Of a DNA stretch of 64,000 nt, positions 46,436 to 56,333 are shown in pieces (the first letter of the stretch is position 1; the number at the start of each line of letters is the position of its first letter). The stretch is from contig DATBSO010000050.1 in assembly GCA_036559745.1 (NCBI GenBank), positions 35,972 through 99,971 of the forward strand. Reading direction: 5' to 3'. The notes below the pieces were generated by a model. The model worked only from the letters and a program-made list of their open reading frames with translations, had not been told where the DNA came from and did no database searches. The stretch is from Gemmatimonadales bacterium (GTDB lineage Bacteria; Gemmatimonadota; Gemmatimonadetes; Gemmatimonadales; GWC2-71-9). The position numbers were made by a program, and so were the translations under genes.

Positions 46436-47871
46436 ACCGCCTCGGCAACGCTCGGCCCGCCGCACCACATGCAGGTCGTCGGGGTAACCGGCGAGCGGAA
46501 CTCCTCGTCCGGCAGAACCCGGATCGTCGCCTTGGTCTGCTCCTTGATCTCGGCCTCGCACGAGGGCCGGCCGCAGAATCCGGCGTAGACGAAGCCGCCG
46601 TCTCCCGCCAAGTGAGCGAGGAACTGCTCCTTGGTGGCGCCGCGAATGCTCGCTGCCTCCCGGCGCGCCCGGGATGCCTCGAGCAGGTCGGACTGCATGC
46701 GGTCCATCATGTCGCGCAGACTCGCCGCGATCCCGGCCATCGGTAGCGGCTCCTTCTTGCCCCCGGTGCGCCGCGCCAGCATGACCGAGCCCGAGGCGAG
46801 GTCGCGCGGGCCGACCTCGATCCGGAGCGGGACGCCTCGGCCTTCCCACTCGTAGTACTTCGCCCCGGGCTTCATGCCCTCCCGGGCGTCGAGATGGACG
46901 CGGATCCCGGCGGCAGCGATCTCCTGCTTGAGCTTGTCGGCGGCGGCAATCACCGCGGCGCGCTCGTCATCGGTGCGGTAGATGGGCACGATCACCACTT
47001 GATACTGCGCGAGCCGCGGCGGACACACGAGTCCGGCGTCGTCACCGTGCGTCATGATGAGCGCACCCACGAGGCGAGTCGAGACTCCCCAGGACGTGTT
47101 CCAGACGTGATCGAGCCCGCCCGCCGCGGTCTGGAACGTGACTTCGAACGCTCGGGCGAAGTTCTGGCCCAGGTTGTGGCTCGTTCCCGCCTGCAGCGCC
47201 TTGTTGTCCTGCATCAACGATTCGCAGCTGTAGGTGCGCAACGCGCCGGCGAATCGCTCGCTGTCGGTCTTCCGACCGGTGATCACCGGCATCGCCATCC
47301 ATTCTTCCATGAATGTCCGATAGACGCCGAGCATCCGCAGAGTCTCTTCCTCGGCCTCCGCTTCGGTGGCGTGCGCCGTGTGGCCTTCCTGCCAGAGAAA
47401 CTCGGTGGTCCGGAGGAACAGACGGGTCCGCATCTCCCAGCGCACGACGTTGGCCCACTGGTTGATGAGCAGCGGCAGATCGCGGTAGCTCTGGATCCAC
47501 TTGGCGTACATCGCGTAGATGATCGTCTCGGACGTGGGCCGGACCACGAGTGGCTCTTCCAGCTCCTTCCCACCCCCGTGCGTGACCACCGCGGTCTCCG
47601 GCGCGAAGCCCTCGACGTGCTGGGCCTCGCGGGCGAGGAAGCTCTGGGGAATGAAGAGCGGGAAATAGGCGTTCTGGTGTCCGGTGTCCTTGAACATCTG
47701 GTCGAGGGCCCGCTGCATCTGCTCCCAGATCGCGTAGCCGTTCGGCCGGATCACCATGCACCCACGCACCGGGCTGTAGTCGGCCAGCTCGGCCCTGGCA
47801 ATCAACTCATTGTACCAGGCACTGAAGTCCGTCGCCCGGGTAGTCAACGCCTTCACATCCGCCATCTGCAC
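46417..47871 (-). CDS. proS: Proline--tRNA ligase (archaeal/eukaryote-like short type)
   Basis: [52 protein letters not shown], and C-terminal zinc-binding CxxC... Confidence 0.9.
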   Translation of the reverse strand: MQMADVKALTTRATDFSAWYNELIARAELADYSPVRGCMVIRPNGYAIWEQMQRALDQMFKDTGHQNAYFPLFIPQSFLAREAQHVEGFAPETAVVTHGGGKELEEPLVVRPTSETIIYAMYAKWIQSYRDLPLLINQWANVVRWEMRTRLFLRTTEFLWQEGHTAHATEAEAEEETLRMLGVYRTFMEEWMAMPVITGRKTDSERFAGALRTYSCESLMQDNKALQAGTSHNLGQNFARAFEVTFQTAAGGLDHVWNTSWGVSTRLVGALIMTHGDDAGLVCPPRLAQYQVVIVPIYRTDDERAAVIAAADKLKQEIAAAGIRVHLDAREGMKPGAKYYEWEGRGVPLRIEVGPRDLASGSVMLARRTGGKKEPLPMAGIAASLRDMMDRMQSDLLEASRARREAASIRGATKEQFLAHLAGDGGFVYAGFCGRPSCEAEIKEQTKATIRVLPDEEFRSPVTPTTCMWCGGPSVAEAVWAKAY

Positions 47872-47916
47872 ACCTCAGTTTGCAATCCGATCGTCAACTG
47901 CTTCACCACAGAGACG

Positions 47917-49200
47917 TCAATTCGCTCCCGCGAGCCTCGCGACGAGCTGATCGCGCGGCACCGCGACCTGCGATTTGTCCTCGAGATTTCGGAGCATGAC
48001 CTCGTTGCGAGCCCGTTCGTCCGGACCGATCAAGACAGCCCACCGCGCATGCCGGGCATTCGCCAGGTTGAGCTGCTTGCCGAGAGCGAGCACGTTCAGG
48101 GCGTACTCCACACGGAGGTTCGCGTCGCGGAGCTCGTGGGCCGTCGCGAGAATGTGAGGCAGGTCGTCACCCGTGATGCCCGCGATGAAGACGTCGATGG
48201 ACGGAGTTGCCTCGGGCGTGACGCCCCGATCCTTGAGCAGCTCTCCCAGCACGACGTCCCCCATGCCGAACCCCAGCGCGGGAAGATCCACGCCGCCCAG
48301 AGACTCGAGCAGGTTATCGTAGCGCCCGCCGCCGCAGATCGCCCGAAGCGACTGGTCGGCGTCGAAGAGCTCGAACACCGTCCCGGTGTAGTACGCGAGA
48401 CCGCGAACGATCGTGAGATCGAGATCGACGAAGCCGCCGAGCCCCATGGCATCGAGCGCCTCGAGCGTGGAGCGCAGCGGCTCGGCGGCTGAACCGGCGC
48501 CCGGATACTTGCGCACGATCTCGTCGAGGTCTACAAGACCCTTGAAGGACTCGAGCTCTCGAACAGCAGTCTCGGGCGCGCCGGTATCCAGCAAGGCCTG
48601 CTTTCGCGACGCATATTCCCGCCGTCCCATCTTATCCAGCACCTGATGGGCCAGCCTTTCCCTTTCTCCGCCGAACCCGAGAGATGAAAGGATCGCCCCG
48701 AGCAGACGACGATCTGAGATTCGTACTCGGACATCGTCCGGCCCGAGCTGAAAAGCCCGCATGACGTCGATCGCGAGGGCCACGATTTCGGCATCACCGA
48801 GCGGGCCCCGCTCGCCGATCAGATCGCAATTGAGCTGAAAGTGCTCTCGAAGCCGCCCCCGTTGCTGCCGCTCGTACCGGAAGAGCTGAGGGATCGAGAA
48901 CCACCGGATCGGTTTCTTGAGGCTCGTGGCGCTCGCGGCGACCATGCGCGCCAGCGTGGGCGTCATCTCGGGCCGCAGGGCCACGTCCCGTTCGCCCTTG
49001 TCCGTGAAGGCGTAGAGCTGGCCCACGATCTCGTCACCGCTCTTGGCGGTGTACAGCTCGAGCGGCTCGAGCGGCGGACCGTCGTACTCCTCGAAGCCGT
49101 AGCGGGCCGCCACCGTCCGCCAGGTGCGGAAGATGTAAGCGCGGAGCGCGAAGTCGCCCGGGTAGAAATCGCGAAAGCCCGGCAGGGCCTGGGTTTGCAT
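47917..49200 (-). CDS. hisS: Histidine--tRNA ligase
   Basis: Internal ATG (MQTQALPGFRDFYP...). Contains RPEMTPTLARM, F.IPQLFRYERPQ-like, and GGGRYD. The upstream 60 codons of the track ORF are the repeat element. Confidence 0.9.
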   Translation of the reverse strand: MQTQALPGFRDFYPGDFALRAYIFRTWRTVAARYGFEEYDGPPLEPLELYTAKSGDEIVGQLYAFTDKGERDVALRPEMTPTLARMVAASATSLKKPIRWFSIPQLFRYERQQRGRLREHFQLNCDLIGERGPLGDAEIVALAIDVMRAFQLGPDDVRVRISDRRLLGAILSSLGFGGERERLAHQVLDKMGRREYASRKQALLDTGAPETAVRELESFKGLVDLDEIVRKYPGAGSAAEPLRSTLEALDAMGLGGFVDLDLTIVRGLAYYTGTVFELFDADQSLRAICGGGRYDNLLESLGGVDLPALGFGMGDVVLGELLKDRGVTPEATPSIDVFIAGITGDDLPHILATAHELRDANLRVEYALNVLALGKQLNLANARHARWAVLIGPDERARNEVMLRNLEDKSQVAVPRDQLVARLAGAN

Positions 49201-49220
49201 GGGGGGAAAATAGACTGGGC

Positions 49221-49360
49221 AGGGGAGCGGGGAGAAGGGAGAGGGACAGGAGAAGGGAGAAGCGGGAAAGGGAGAACGGCTGTGCGTCATCCCTCTTCTC
49301 CAGTCTCCCTTCTCCCTTCTCCCTTCTTCCTTCTTCCCGCTCCCTGCTCCCTTCTCCTCA
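49221..49360. repeat. Inverted heptamer-array hairpin element, copy 2 (AAGGGAG-type array 49221-49277 / CTCCCTT x10 array 49291-49360)
   Basis: The right arm reads CCCTCTT CTCCAGT CTCCCTT CTCCCTT CTCCCTT CTTCCTT CTTCCCG CTCCCTG CTCCCTT CTCCTCA. The left arm is its purine-rich imperfect complement. The loop contains GCGTCAT. Confidence 0.8.
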
Positions 49361-50596
49361 CACCTCCATCCCCAACGCACTCATCACGTCGCCCACCGTG
49401 TGAAAGGAGCCGGTCACGAGGACCGTGGCCGCGCCCTGTGGCGCGATCTCGAGCGCTTCCCGGAAGTCCGGGACCAGGCTCCACACCGATCGCGCCGGAG
49501 GGCGGCCCCGGTCCCGGAGCCATCGGCGCAGCCATCGCGCGTCCCAACCCCGTCCCGCGGCGGTCGGAGCGATCGTCAGGATTCCCCGGTCGATCACCCG
49601 GTCGAGCTCAACCAGCATCTCGGGCCACTCCTTGTCGCCCAGGATGGAGACGAGCGCGTGGAGCGGCCGCGGCGGCTTGATCGCCTCGATCGCGGTGACG
49701 AGGGCCCGGATACCGTCCGGGTTGTGCGCCACGTCGAAGAGCCACTTGCCGCGCCGGTCGAGCCTCCCGGGAATCCTCGCTTGGGCGAACCCGCGCTCGA
49801 CCGCCTGGGCATCCGGACGATAGGGCGCCGGCAGCGCCATCAGGACGCCATGGGCGACTCCCGCGTTGCGCCGCTGGTGGGCGCCAGCCAGGCTGAGCGA
49901 GCCCTTCCATTCGTACTCCGGCGGAAGCACCCGGATATCGGGACGCGCCGCGTGATCCAGCCGCGCGATCGCCTTCCGCGCCTCTCGCCGCAACACCTCG
50001 ACCAACCCCGGGGCGCGCTCCCCGATGACGAACGGCGCACCGGGCTTGGCAATCCCGGCCTTCTCACAGGCGATGAGCTCGAGCGTGTGTCCCAGATACT
50101 TCATGTGGTCCCATGCGATCTTGGTGACCGCGCTGACGAGCGGCTGGATGACGTTGGTGCTGTCGAGCCGGCCTCCCAGCCCCACCTCGACGACCGCGAC
50201 CTCGACGCCACGCGCCGCAAAGTCGGCAAAGGCGATCGCCGTGCTGGCCTCGAAGAACGTGGCCTTGTGATTCAGGATCGGGTCGCGCAGCCGGCTGGTC
50301 CACATTGCCAAGGCGTCCTCCGAGATCGGCACGTCGTCTACCCGGATGCGCTCGCGGAACGACACGAGGTGGGGCGACGTGTACAGGCCAACCCGCCACC
50401 CCGCGCCCCGAAGAGCGGCCGCCACGAGGGTGGAGACGCTTCCCTTGCCGTTCGTCCCGCCGATGTGGACCATCGGCACCACGTCCTGAGGATTCCCCAC
50501 TGCCTCCAGGAGACGACGCGTGGTGCCCAGCCCAAACTTGATGGTCGTGGTCCGGGGGAAGAGAAAAGCGAGGGCGTCGTCGTAGGTCAGGCTCAT
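49358..50596 (-). CDS. folC: Bifunctional folylpolyglutamate synthase / dihydrofolate synthase
   Basis: HIGGTNGKGS, TSPHL, EVGLGGRLD.TN. ATG 50596 is preceded by AGGA. Confidence 0.85.
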   Translation of the reverse strand: MSLTYDDALAFLFPRTTTIKFGLGTTRRLLEAVGNPQDVVPMVHIGGTNGKGSVSTLVAAALRGAGWRVGLYTSPHLVSFRERIRVDDVPISEDALAMWTSRLRDPILNHKATFFEASTAIAFADFAARGVEVAVVEVGLGGRLDSTNVIQPLVSAVTKIAWDHMKYLGHTLELIACEKAGIAKPGAPFVIGERAPGLVEVLRREARKAIARLDHAARPDIRVLPPEYEWKGSLSLAGAHQRRNAGVAHGVLMALPAPYRPDAQAVERGFAQARIPGRLDRRGKWLFDVAHNPDGIRALVTAIEAIKPPRPLHALVSILGDKEWPEMLVELDRVIDRGILTIAPTAAGRGWDARWLRRWLRDRGRPPARSVWSLVPDFREALEIAPQGAATVLVTGSFHTVGDVMSALGMEV

Positions 50597-50609
50597 GCGT
50601 CCTGGTCTC

Positions 50610-50647
50610 AACGAAAACGCCCCACCCGAGCAGGCCGTGGTGGGGCG
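50610..50647 (-). terminator. Intrinsic-terminator-like hairpin between accD and folC
   Basis: On the minus strand: CGCCCCACC-acggcctgctcg-GGTGGGGCG, followed by TTTTCGTT. It ends about 14 nt before the folC ATG. Confidence 0.5.
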
Positions 50648-50672
50648 CGGTACGCGGTGGACGGTTCGGAAC

Positions 50673-51548
50673 TCAGCTCTGCTCGGCCATCTCCGCCTGG
50701 GGTCGCCGCCCCTGCATGTGCCGAAGGAGTCGGGCCGTAGTGTCGCGGAGCGAGGCCCGCGGGACTACGTCGTCGATCTGGCCATGCTCCAGCAGGAACT
50801 CCGCGGTCTGAAAGCCTTCGGGGAGATCCTGCCCGATCGTCTGCTTGATCACCCGCTGGCCCGCGAACCCGATCACCGCGCCGGGCTCGGCAAGGATGAC
50901 ATCCCCCTGCATGGCGAAGGAGGCGGAGACGCCCCCCGTCGTGGGATCCGTGAGGATGGAGATGTAAGGGATGGAATCACGGTGCAGTTGGGCGATCGCG
51001 GCCGAGGTCTTGGCCATCTGCATCAGGGAAAGGACGCCTTCCTGCATGCGGGCGCCGCCGGACGTCGAGACGATGACGAGGGGGACCTTCTTTTCGTGCG
51101 AGCGTCGTGCGAGCCGCGCGATTTTTTCTCCGACCACGGACCCCATCGAGCCGCCCATGAACCCGAAGTTCATCACGCCCAGACTGAACGGTTGCCCGTC
51201 CAGCTTGGCCGTTCCGGTCAGGATCGCGTCGGCGTCGCCGCCCTTCTTGCGCGCGGTGACGAGGCGATCCGCATAATGCTCGAAATTAAGGGGATCAACG
51301 GAGCGAAGATTACCGTAGAGCTCGCGCCACGATCCCTGGTCGGTCAGCAGCTCCACGTAGTCCTCGGCGCTGATGCGCCGGTGGCGGCCGCACTCCGGGC
51401 ACACGTTGAGTGCCTTCTCGAACTTCTCACGGATGTCGATGTGGCCGCAGCCGTCGCACTTCTCCCACGCGTCGGGCGGAATCTCGAGCCGTTCGCGCTG
51501 CGACTTCCGAGGCTTCCGTTCCTTCTTAAACCATGCCATCACGGCCAT
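50673..51548 (-). CDS. accD: Acetyl-CoA carboxylase carboxyltransferase beta subunit
   Basis: MAWFKKE...W.KC..C (zinc ribbon CDGCGH...CPECG), FGFMGGSMGSVVGEK, SGGARMQEG. The start is ATG 51548 or 51539. Confidence 0.9.
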   Translation of the reverse strand: MAVMAWFKKERKPRKSQRERLEIPPDAWEKCDGCGHIDIREKFEKALNVCPECGRHRRISAEDYVELLTDQGSWRELYGNLRSVDPLNFEHYADRLVTARKKGGDADAILTGTAKLDGQPFSLGVMNFGFMGGSMGSVVGEKIARLARRSHEKKVPLVIVSTSGGARMQEGVLSLMQMAKTSAAIAQLHRDSIPYISILTDPTTGGVSASFAMQGDVILAEPGAVIGFAGQRVIKQTIGQDLPEGFQTAEFLLEHGQIDDVVPRASLRDTTARLLRHMQGRRPQAEMAEQS

Positions 51549-51648
51549 AGGATGTGGGTACCACCAGAAGAGGGAAGCTGCTGCGACGGGACCCTGCAAT
51601 TTCGGGCATTCGCCCCCCTGGCGCTAGGCCCCTTCTCATAACTCATTG

Positions 51649-52890
51649 TCATACATCGGGATAGCCTGACTGCCTGGAGTCCCAGGCAACCCGGAGGGCC
51701 AGCCCCAGGCAGATCGAACAGATGATGAAAAAGGACCCCCCATACGAGAAAAACGGCAGGGGAATTCCCGTGATCGGCATCAAGTTCACGGTCATGCCGA
51801 CGTTCTCGAACACGTGGGTGAACAAGAGTCCCAGGATGCCGAATGTGACGAGACTGCTGAAGGGATCGGTCGCCCGCCGCGCGATCCGGAGCAGGGCGAG
51901 GAACAGCAGGAGGAAGAGGATCAGCGCGACCATGACTCCGACGAAGCCCAGCTCTTCACCCACGATCGGGAAAACGAAATCGGTATGCTGCTCGGGAAGA
52001 AAGGCGAGCCGTTTCTGCGGGCCCTCGGTATAGCCCGTGCCGAACCAGCCCCCGGAGCCGATCGCGACCCGCGACTGGATCGCGTGGTAGCCGGCCGCGC
52101 GCGGATCCGCCTCGGGGTTGAGAAACGTCAGCAGCCGGTTCTGCTGGTACGGCTCCAGCCGTCGCCACAAGGGCAGCGCGATAGTCCCCATGGCTACGTT
52201 GAGGAACCAGACGATGAGCGAGTCGTAGATGTAGGGCCGCCAGATCACGAGCAGGGCGGTGACGGCCACCATCCACGCCCCCCATGCCCAGTTGTTGAAT
52301 GCCAGGAGGAGGCTCAACCCCGGTGAGGCGATGAGAAAGAGGAGCCGGGGGCGAACACCGGACCAGAACAGCATGGCGAACGCGATGCCGATGAAGACGA
52401 TCGCGCTGCCGAGATCGGGCTGCTTGAGAACGAGGAGGAACGGCACGCCGACGATCGCCGCTGGAATGAGCAGGTCACCCAGGGATCGGGGCGGCTCCTT
52501 CCGGCTCGAGAGGTACCGAGCCAGCATCAGAACCGTCGCCACCTTGGCAAGCTCCGAGGGCTGGCCGATCTGATGGCCTCCGATGGAGAGCCAGCTGTGG
52601 CTGCTCTGGGCGGTGCCGGCTCCCGTTCCCACCACCAGCACGATGCCGAGCAGCGCCAGGCTCAGCCCGTAGAAGGCCGGTGCCAGCCATTCCAGCAGCC
52701 GCAGCGAGACGTGGAAGACGACCCATCCAGCGACAATGCCGATGCCGAACCAGAAGAACTGCCGATACCAGACTCCGGCTGCCCGGGTCGGCACGTCCGT
52801 CTGCCCGGCCGAGTACAGCGTGAGCAGGCCGAAGAACATCAGCAGGGCGGCAATGGTGATGAGCCGCCGGTCGAGCGAAGCGGCTCTCAC
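51649..52890 (-). CDS. rodA: Peptidoglycan glycosyltransferase RodA (SEDS family)
   Basis: About 10 TM helices. Contains QPSELAK, PDLG, TDFVF, GIPLPFFSYGGS. Adjacent to mrdA and mreBCD. Confidence 0.85.
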   Translation of the reverse strand: MRAASLDRRLITIAALLMFFGLLTLYSAGQTDVPTRAAGVWYRQFFWFGIGIVAGWVVFHVSLRLLEWLAPAFYGLSLALLGIVLVVGTGAGTAQSSHSWLSIGGHQIGQPSELAKVATVLMLARYLSSRKEPPRSLGDLLIPAAIVGVPFLLVLKQPDLGSAIVFIGIAFAMLFWSGVRPRLLFLIASPGLSLLLAFNNWAWGAWMVAVTALLVIWRPYIYDSLIVWFLNVAMGTIALPLWRRLEPYQQNRLLTFLNPEADPRAAGYHAIQSRVAIGSGGWFGTGYTEGPQKRLAFLPEQHTDFVFPIVGEELGFVGVMVALILFLLLFLALLRIARRATDPFSSLVTFGILGLLFTHVFENVGMTVNLMPITGIPLPFFSYGGSFFIICSICLGLALRVAWDSRQSGYPDV

Positions 52891-54770
52891 ATCCGCCTCC
52901 CGAGGCGGGCCGAGTCGGCGGCGGCCTTGGCGGCGGCGGAGTCGGGATCGAGCTCGACCGGCCGCGGTGCGCTGTCCTGGACGGTGGCGGCCTCATCCAT
53001 GAGGATCTTCACCTTGATCGTGCCGGCGGTGTCGGGCCCCAGGATATACCGCCTGAGCGCTCGCACCACATAGGGCGCCGCGACCGTTCCGTGCTCCGCG
53101 AACTCCATGATCGACCCGACGATGAGCTCGGGCTTCTCGGCCGGGGCGAACCCGATGAACCAGCCGTGATCCTTGCCGTGCGGGTTCTGGGCGGTTCCGG
53201 TCTTCCCCGCCACCGCGAGGTCCGCGCGCCGGCTCGCGGCGGCCGTGCCCCGCTCCACGACCGCAATGAGCGCGCGCCGGAGCCCGTCGAGCTGCTCGGC
53301 CGTGAGACCGAGCCGGCGGGGGTGCGCTGCCGCGGGATGAACCAGATAGGGCGAGGCCGCGTCGCCGGTGCCCGCAAGCCCCTCGTAGAAGCGCATCATG
53401 TTGATCAGCGTCTGGGTGTTCTCACCCTGGCCGATCGAGAAGTTGAGCGTCGTCGCGGGAGGGCTCCAGTTCCGGGAGCCGTACAGGCGGTCGAAGTAGG
53501 CCGTGGTCGAGGGGTAGATCGGGTCGATTTCGTTCTCGAGGTCGATCCCGCTCTTGTCCTTGAAGCCCATCAGCACGCCGTCCTGGATGATCGCGTTGAG
53601 GCCGAGACGCAGCCCCAGCTGGTAGAAGTAGACGTCGCAGCTTCCCGCGACCGCGCCCACCAGATCCAACGAACCGTGGCCTTCCTTCTTCCAGCACCGG
53701 AACACCCGGTTGCCCAGACGCATTCCGCCGCGGCACGGCTGCGGCATGTGAGTGTCCAGTCCCACCAGCCCGCGCTTCAGCGCCATCGCCGCGATGGCCA
53801 GCTTGAACGGTGATGCCGGCGGGTAGCGCGCCTGAATCACCCGGTTGAGCAGCGGCCGGGCCGAATCCGAGTTGAGTGCCCGCCACTCCTTGCTGGAAAT
53901 TCCGCCGACGAAGTCGTTCGGATCATAGGAAGGCGACGAGTAGAGCGCGCGGATCTCACCGGTCGGGGTCATTGCGACCAGCGCGCCGCGCACGCCCGCC
54001 GGCCAGATGCTGTCGACGAATCGCTGCAGATCGAGATCGATCGTCGTCTCGATCGGCTTGCCCGGCGTCGGCAACAGCGTGGCCGCTCCCGCCTCCTCGC
54101 GGACCAGGCGGCCCCTCGCATTGACCTCGATGTACCGCACTCCCTCGACGCCCCGGAGCGTGTCGTCGTATTCCCGCTCGAGTCCCGCCTTGCCCACGAT
54201 CGAGCCGAGCCCCGCGCCGGGAAACCGGTTCGCGGCGAGGTCCTGCTCGGTGACCTCGGAGACATACCCGACGAGGTGGGCGACGGCTTTGCCCGCCGGG
54301 TACAGACGCTTGGGCTCGGCCTGGATCACGAGTCCCGGCAGGACGTAGCGGTGTTCCTCGAGCCGGGCGACGACCTCGTAGCTCGCGTCACCGAACACGA
54401 TGGCGGGCTGGTAGCGCGCCTGGGTGAAACGGCGGACGATCTCCTCCGTCTGGCTGGTATCGAACGCTACGAACTGCCCGATCCGGGCGAGCACCGCCCG
54501 AAGCGAGTCCACCGAGGGGGCGAGGAGCTTGACCGAATAGCCGGGAACGTTCTCCGCGATGATCTCGCCCTTCCGGTCGAGAATCGAGCCCCTGGGCGAC
54601 GTGACGGAGATCGGGCGGAGCCGGTTGGTCTCCGCCTTGAGCTGGAACTTCTCGTGCTGGAGGACCTGGGTTCGGAAGAACGCGCCGGCCAGAACCAGGA
54701 AGGCGAGGACGAGCACGAACTGAGCGACGTCGGCACGCTCTCGCAGCCGGTAGGAGTCGAATCCGTTCAT
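52887..54770 (-). CDS. mrdA: Penicillin-binding protein 2 (elongasome transpeptidase)
   Basis: Internal ATG in an ATGA overlap with the mreD stop. Contains RG.I.DR.G, PPASPFK (SxxK), SCD.YF, and KTGTAQ. Confidence 0.85.
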   Translation of the reverse strand: MNGFDSYRLRERADVAQFVLVLAFLVLAGAFFRTQVLQHEKFQLKAETNRLRPISVTSPRGSILDRKGEIIAENVPGYSVKLLAPSVDSLRAVLARIGQFVAFDTSQTEEIVRRFTQARYQPAIVFGDASYEVVARLEEHRYVLPGLVIQAEPKRLYPAGKAVAHLVGYVSEVTEQDLAANRFPGAGLGSIVGKAGLEREYDDTLRGVEGVRYIEVNARGRLVREEAGAATLLPTPGKPIETTIDLDLQRFVDSIWPAGVRGALVAMTPTGEIRALYSSPSYDPNDFVGGISSKEWRALNSDSARPLLNRVIQARYPPASPFKLAIAAMALKRGLVGLDTHMPQPCRGGMRLGNRVFRCWKKEGHGSLDLVGAVAGSCDVYFYQLGLRLGLNAIIQDGVLMGFKDKSGIDLENEIDPIYPSTTAYFDRLYGSRNWSPPATTLNFSIGQGENTQTLINMMRFYEGLAGTGDAASPYLVHPAAAHPRRLGLTAEQLDGLRRALIAVVERGTAAASRRADLAVAGKTGTAQNPHGKDHGWFIGFAPAEKPELIVGSIMEFAEHGTVAAPYVVRALRRYILGPDTAGTIKVKILMDEAATVQDSAPRPVELDPDSAAAKAAADSARLGRRM

Positions 54771-55264
54771 GCGTCGAGCCGGACCGAGAACCATTGGCGG
54801 GACGCGAGCAATACCAGCAATGCGAAGGCCCCGGTCGCCAGCGCTTCGAGAGGACTGTACACGGTCAACTCGGCCAGGATCGGACGGTCACCGGCGCCGC
54901 TCAGCAGCAGCGTCAGGAGGTCCCGGACCCAGAGGCCGACGCCGACGAAGGCGGCGTTCACGAGGATGTTATCGGCGAAGAACACGGCCCGCCCCCACGA
55001 GGCGAGATAGCCGACGACGGTGTTCGCGAGCATGCCGGCGCCGAACCGCGCCGGCGTCAGGGCGTCGGCCGCCATCCCGAGCAGAAAGCCGGTCAGCGCG
55101 GCGATCCCGGGACTGCTGCGGAGCGCCACCAGCATCAGCCCGAGAAACAGAAAATCCGGACTGACACGCGGGCCCCAGAGCCGAGGCCGCACGTAGAACT
55201 GGAGGACCACCATCAGCACCAGTACCAGCACGAGTTGCACGCGATTCGCGCGTGTCGGCATCAT
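54767..55264 (-). CDS. mreD: Rod shape-determining protein MreD
   Basis: A 165-aa polytopic membrane protein positioned between mreC and mrdA. ATGA overlap with the mreC stop. Confidence 0.75.
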   Translation of the reverse strand: MMPTRANRVQLVLVLVLMVVLQFYVRPRLWGPRVSPDFLFLGLMLVALRSSPGIAALTGFLLGMAADALTPARFGAGMLANTVVGYLASWGRAVFFADNILVNAAFVGVGLWVRDLLTLLLSGAGDRPILAELTVYSPLEALATGAFALLVLLASRQWFSVRLDA

Positions 55265-56331
55265 CGCGCGGAATCTCCCCGAGCCGAATCGCGAGGCGGT
55301 GCGGCCGGTGCCGGGTTCGGCGCGGGCGCCGGCTTGGGCGCCGGTGCCGGCGCGCCGCTGTCGGGCCGCGTGACCCGGCGCTTCGCGCGGGCGACCGAAT
55401 CACGGCGTGCCGCCGCCGCATCGCGCGCCGCCTGCGCGAGAGAATCGGCCCGGCGCGCCCGCAGGAGCGAGTCGAGCTTGTGCGCCTGGAGCACCGAGTC
55501 GCTCGGGAATGCGGACGCGAGATCGGCCGACGGCGGCGCGACCAGGATGAGCACGTGCCCGACCGAGCCGGGATTTGCCGCCGGAAGGAGGCGGTAGACC
55601 CGCTCCCAGCCGGCCTGCTCCCGCACCAGGCCCGTGACCGTCCCGACCGGGATGCCCTTGGGATACACACCGCCCAGGCCGGACGAGAGGACCAGCGAGC
55701 CCGGGGGAACCGAATCACGATACGGCACGCCGCGGAACTCGAGGGCCCCTTCCCCGCTCACCGCCGAGAGCGATGGTGCCACCACGCCCGCGGCGTTGCC
55801 GGAGACGGTGAATGCGCTCACGCGAAACTCCGGATGGGCCCAGGTCATCGCGATGCTGGTGCGCTCGGCAGTGCTCAGCACGACACCGATCAGTCCCTCG
55901 GGCGATACCACCGGATCGAAAGGCGACACCCCCTGGGATGATCCCGCGCTGAGCAGCAGCGTCCGGGCATCGGTGGCCTGGGATTGGTGAAGCACTTCGG
56001 CCGCGACGTACGAGCTGGAGAGGCGTCGGCTCAGCGCGAGGAGCTGACGGAGGCGTTCGTTTTCGGCGAGAAGCGACGGGAGTCCCTGAGCGAGATATGC
56101 GGAGGAGTCACGCTGCGCCGTGACCTCCCGGAACCGCACCCGGCTGGTTCGACCCTCTTCCGCGCGAACCTGGAGCCACACCAGGGGCGCGAGCACGGTT
56201 TCCCGCAATGCATCGGCGACATCGAGGCCGATTTTCGTCGGGGCGACCAGGGCAACCACGGACACGCCCAGGCAGACGAAGAACAGGACGGTGTCGCGGC
56301 GCGTGTATGATCGATCCGACGCGCTGGCCAT
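55261..56331 (-). CDS. mreC: Rod shape-determining protein MreC, with a Pro/Ala-rich C-terminal tail
   Basis: N-terminal TM helix, a coiled coil (ENERLRQLL), then beta-barrel repeats GLIG.V, GGVYPKGIPVG.V. Confidence 0.8.
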   Translation of the reverse strand: MASASDRSYTRRDTVLFFVCLGVSVVALVAPTKIGLDVADALRETVLAPLVWLQVRAEEGRTSRVRFREVTAQRDSSAYLAQGLPSLLAENERLRQLLALSRRLSSSYVAAEVLHQSQATDARTLLLSAGSSQGVSPFDPVVSPEGLIGVVLSTAERTSIAMTWAHPEFRVSAFTVSGNAAGVVAPSLSAVSGEGALEFRGVPYRDSVPPGSLVLSSGLGGVYPKGIPVGTVTGLVREQAGWERVYRLLPAANPGSVGHVLILVAPPSADLASAFPSDSVLQAHKLDSLLRARRADSLAQAARDAAAARRDSVARAKRRVTRPDSGAPAPAPKPAPAPNPAPAAPPRDSARGDSAR

Positions 56332-56333
56332 GC

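Noticed and set aside
49201-49220. A leaderless hisS promoter (TATTTT-cccccc-ATG).
   Set aside because: The -10-like hexamer is at the right distance for a leaderless start, but the corresponding -35 position reads TCTCCC. This is too weak to call, so I mention it only within the copy-2 repeat finding.
49201-49380. A possible 60-aa N-terminal extension of HisS, or a small ORF starting MTHSRSPFPASPFSCPSPFSPLPCP.
   Set aside because: That sequence is simply the translation of the CTCCCTT/AAGGGAG heptamer arrays. HisS homology (ALPGFRDFYP) begins right after the ATG at 49200.
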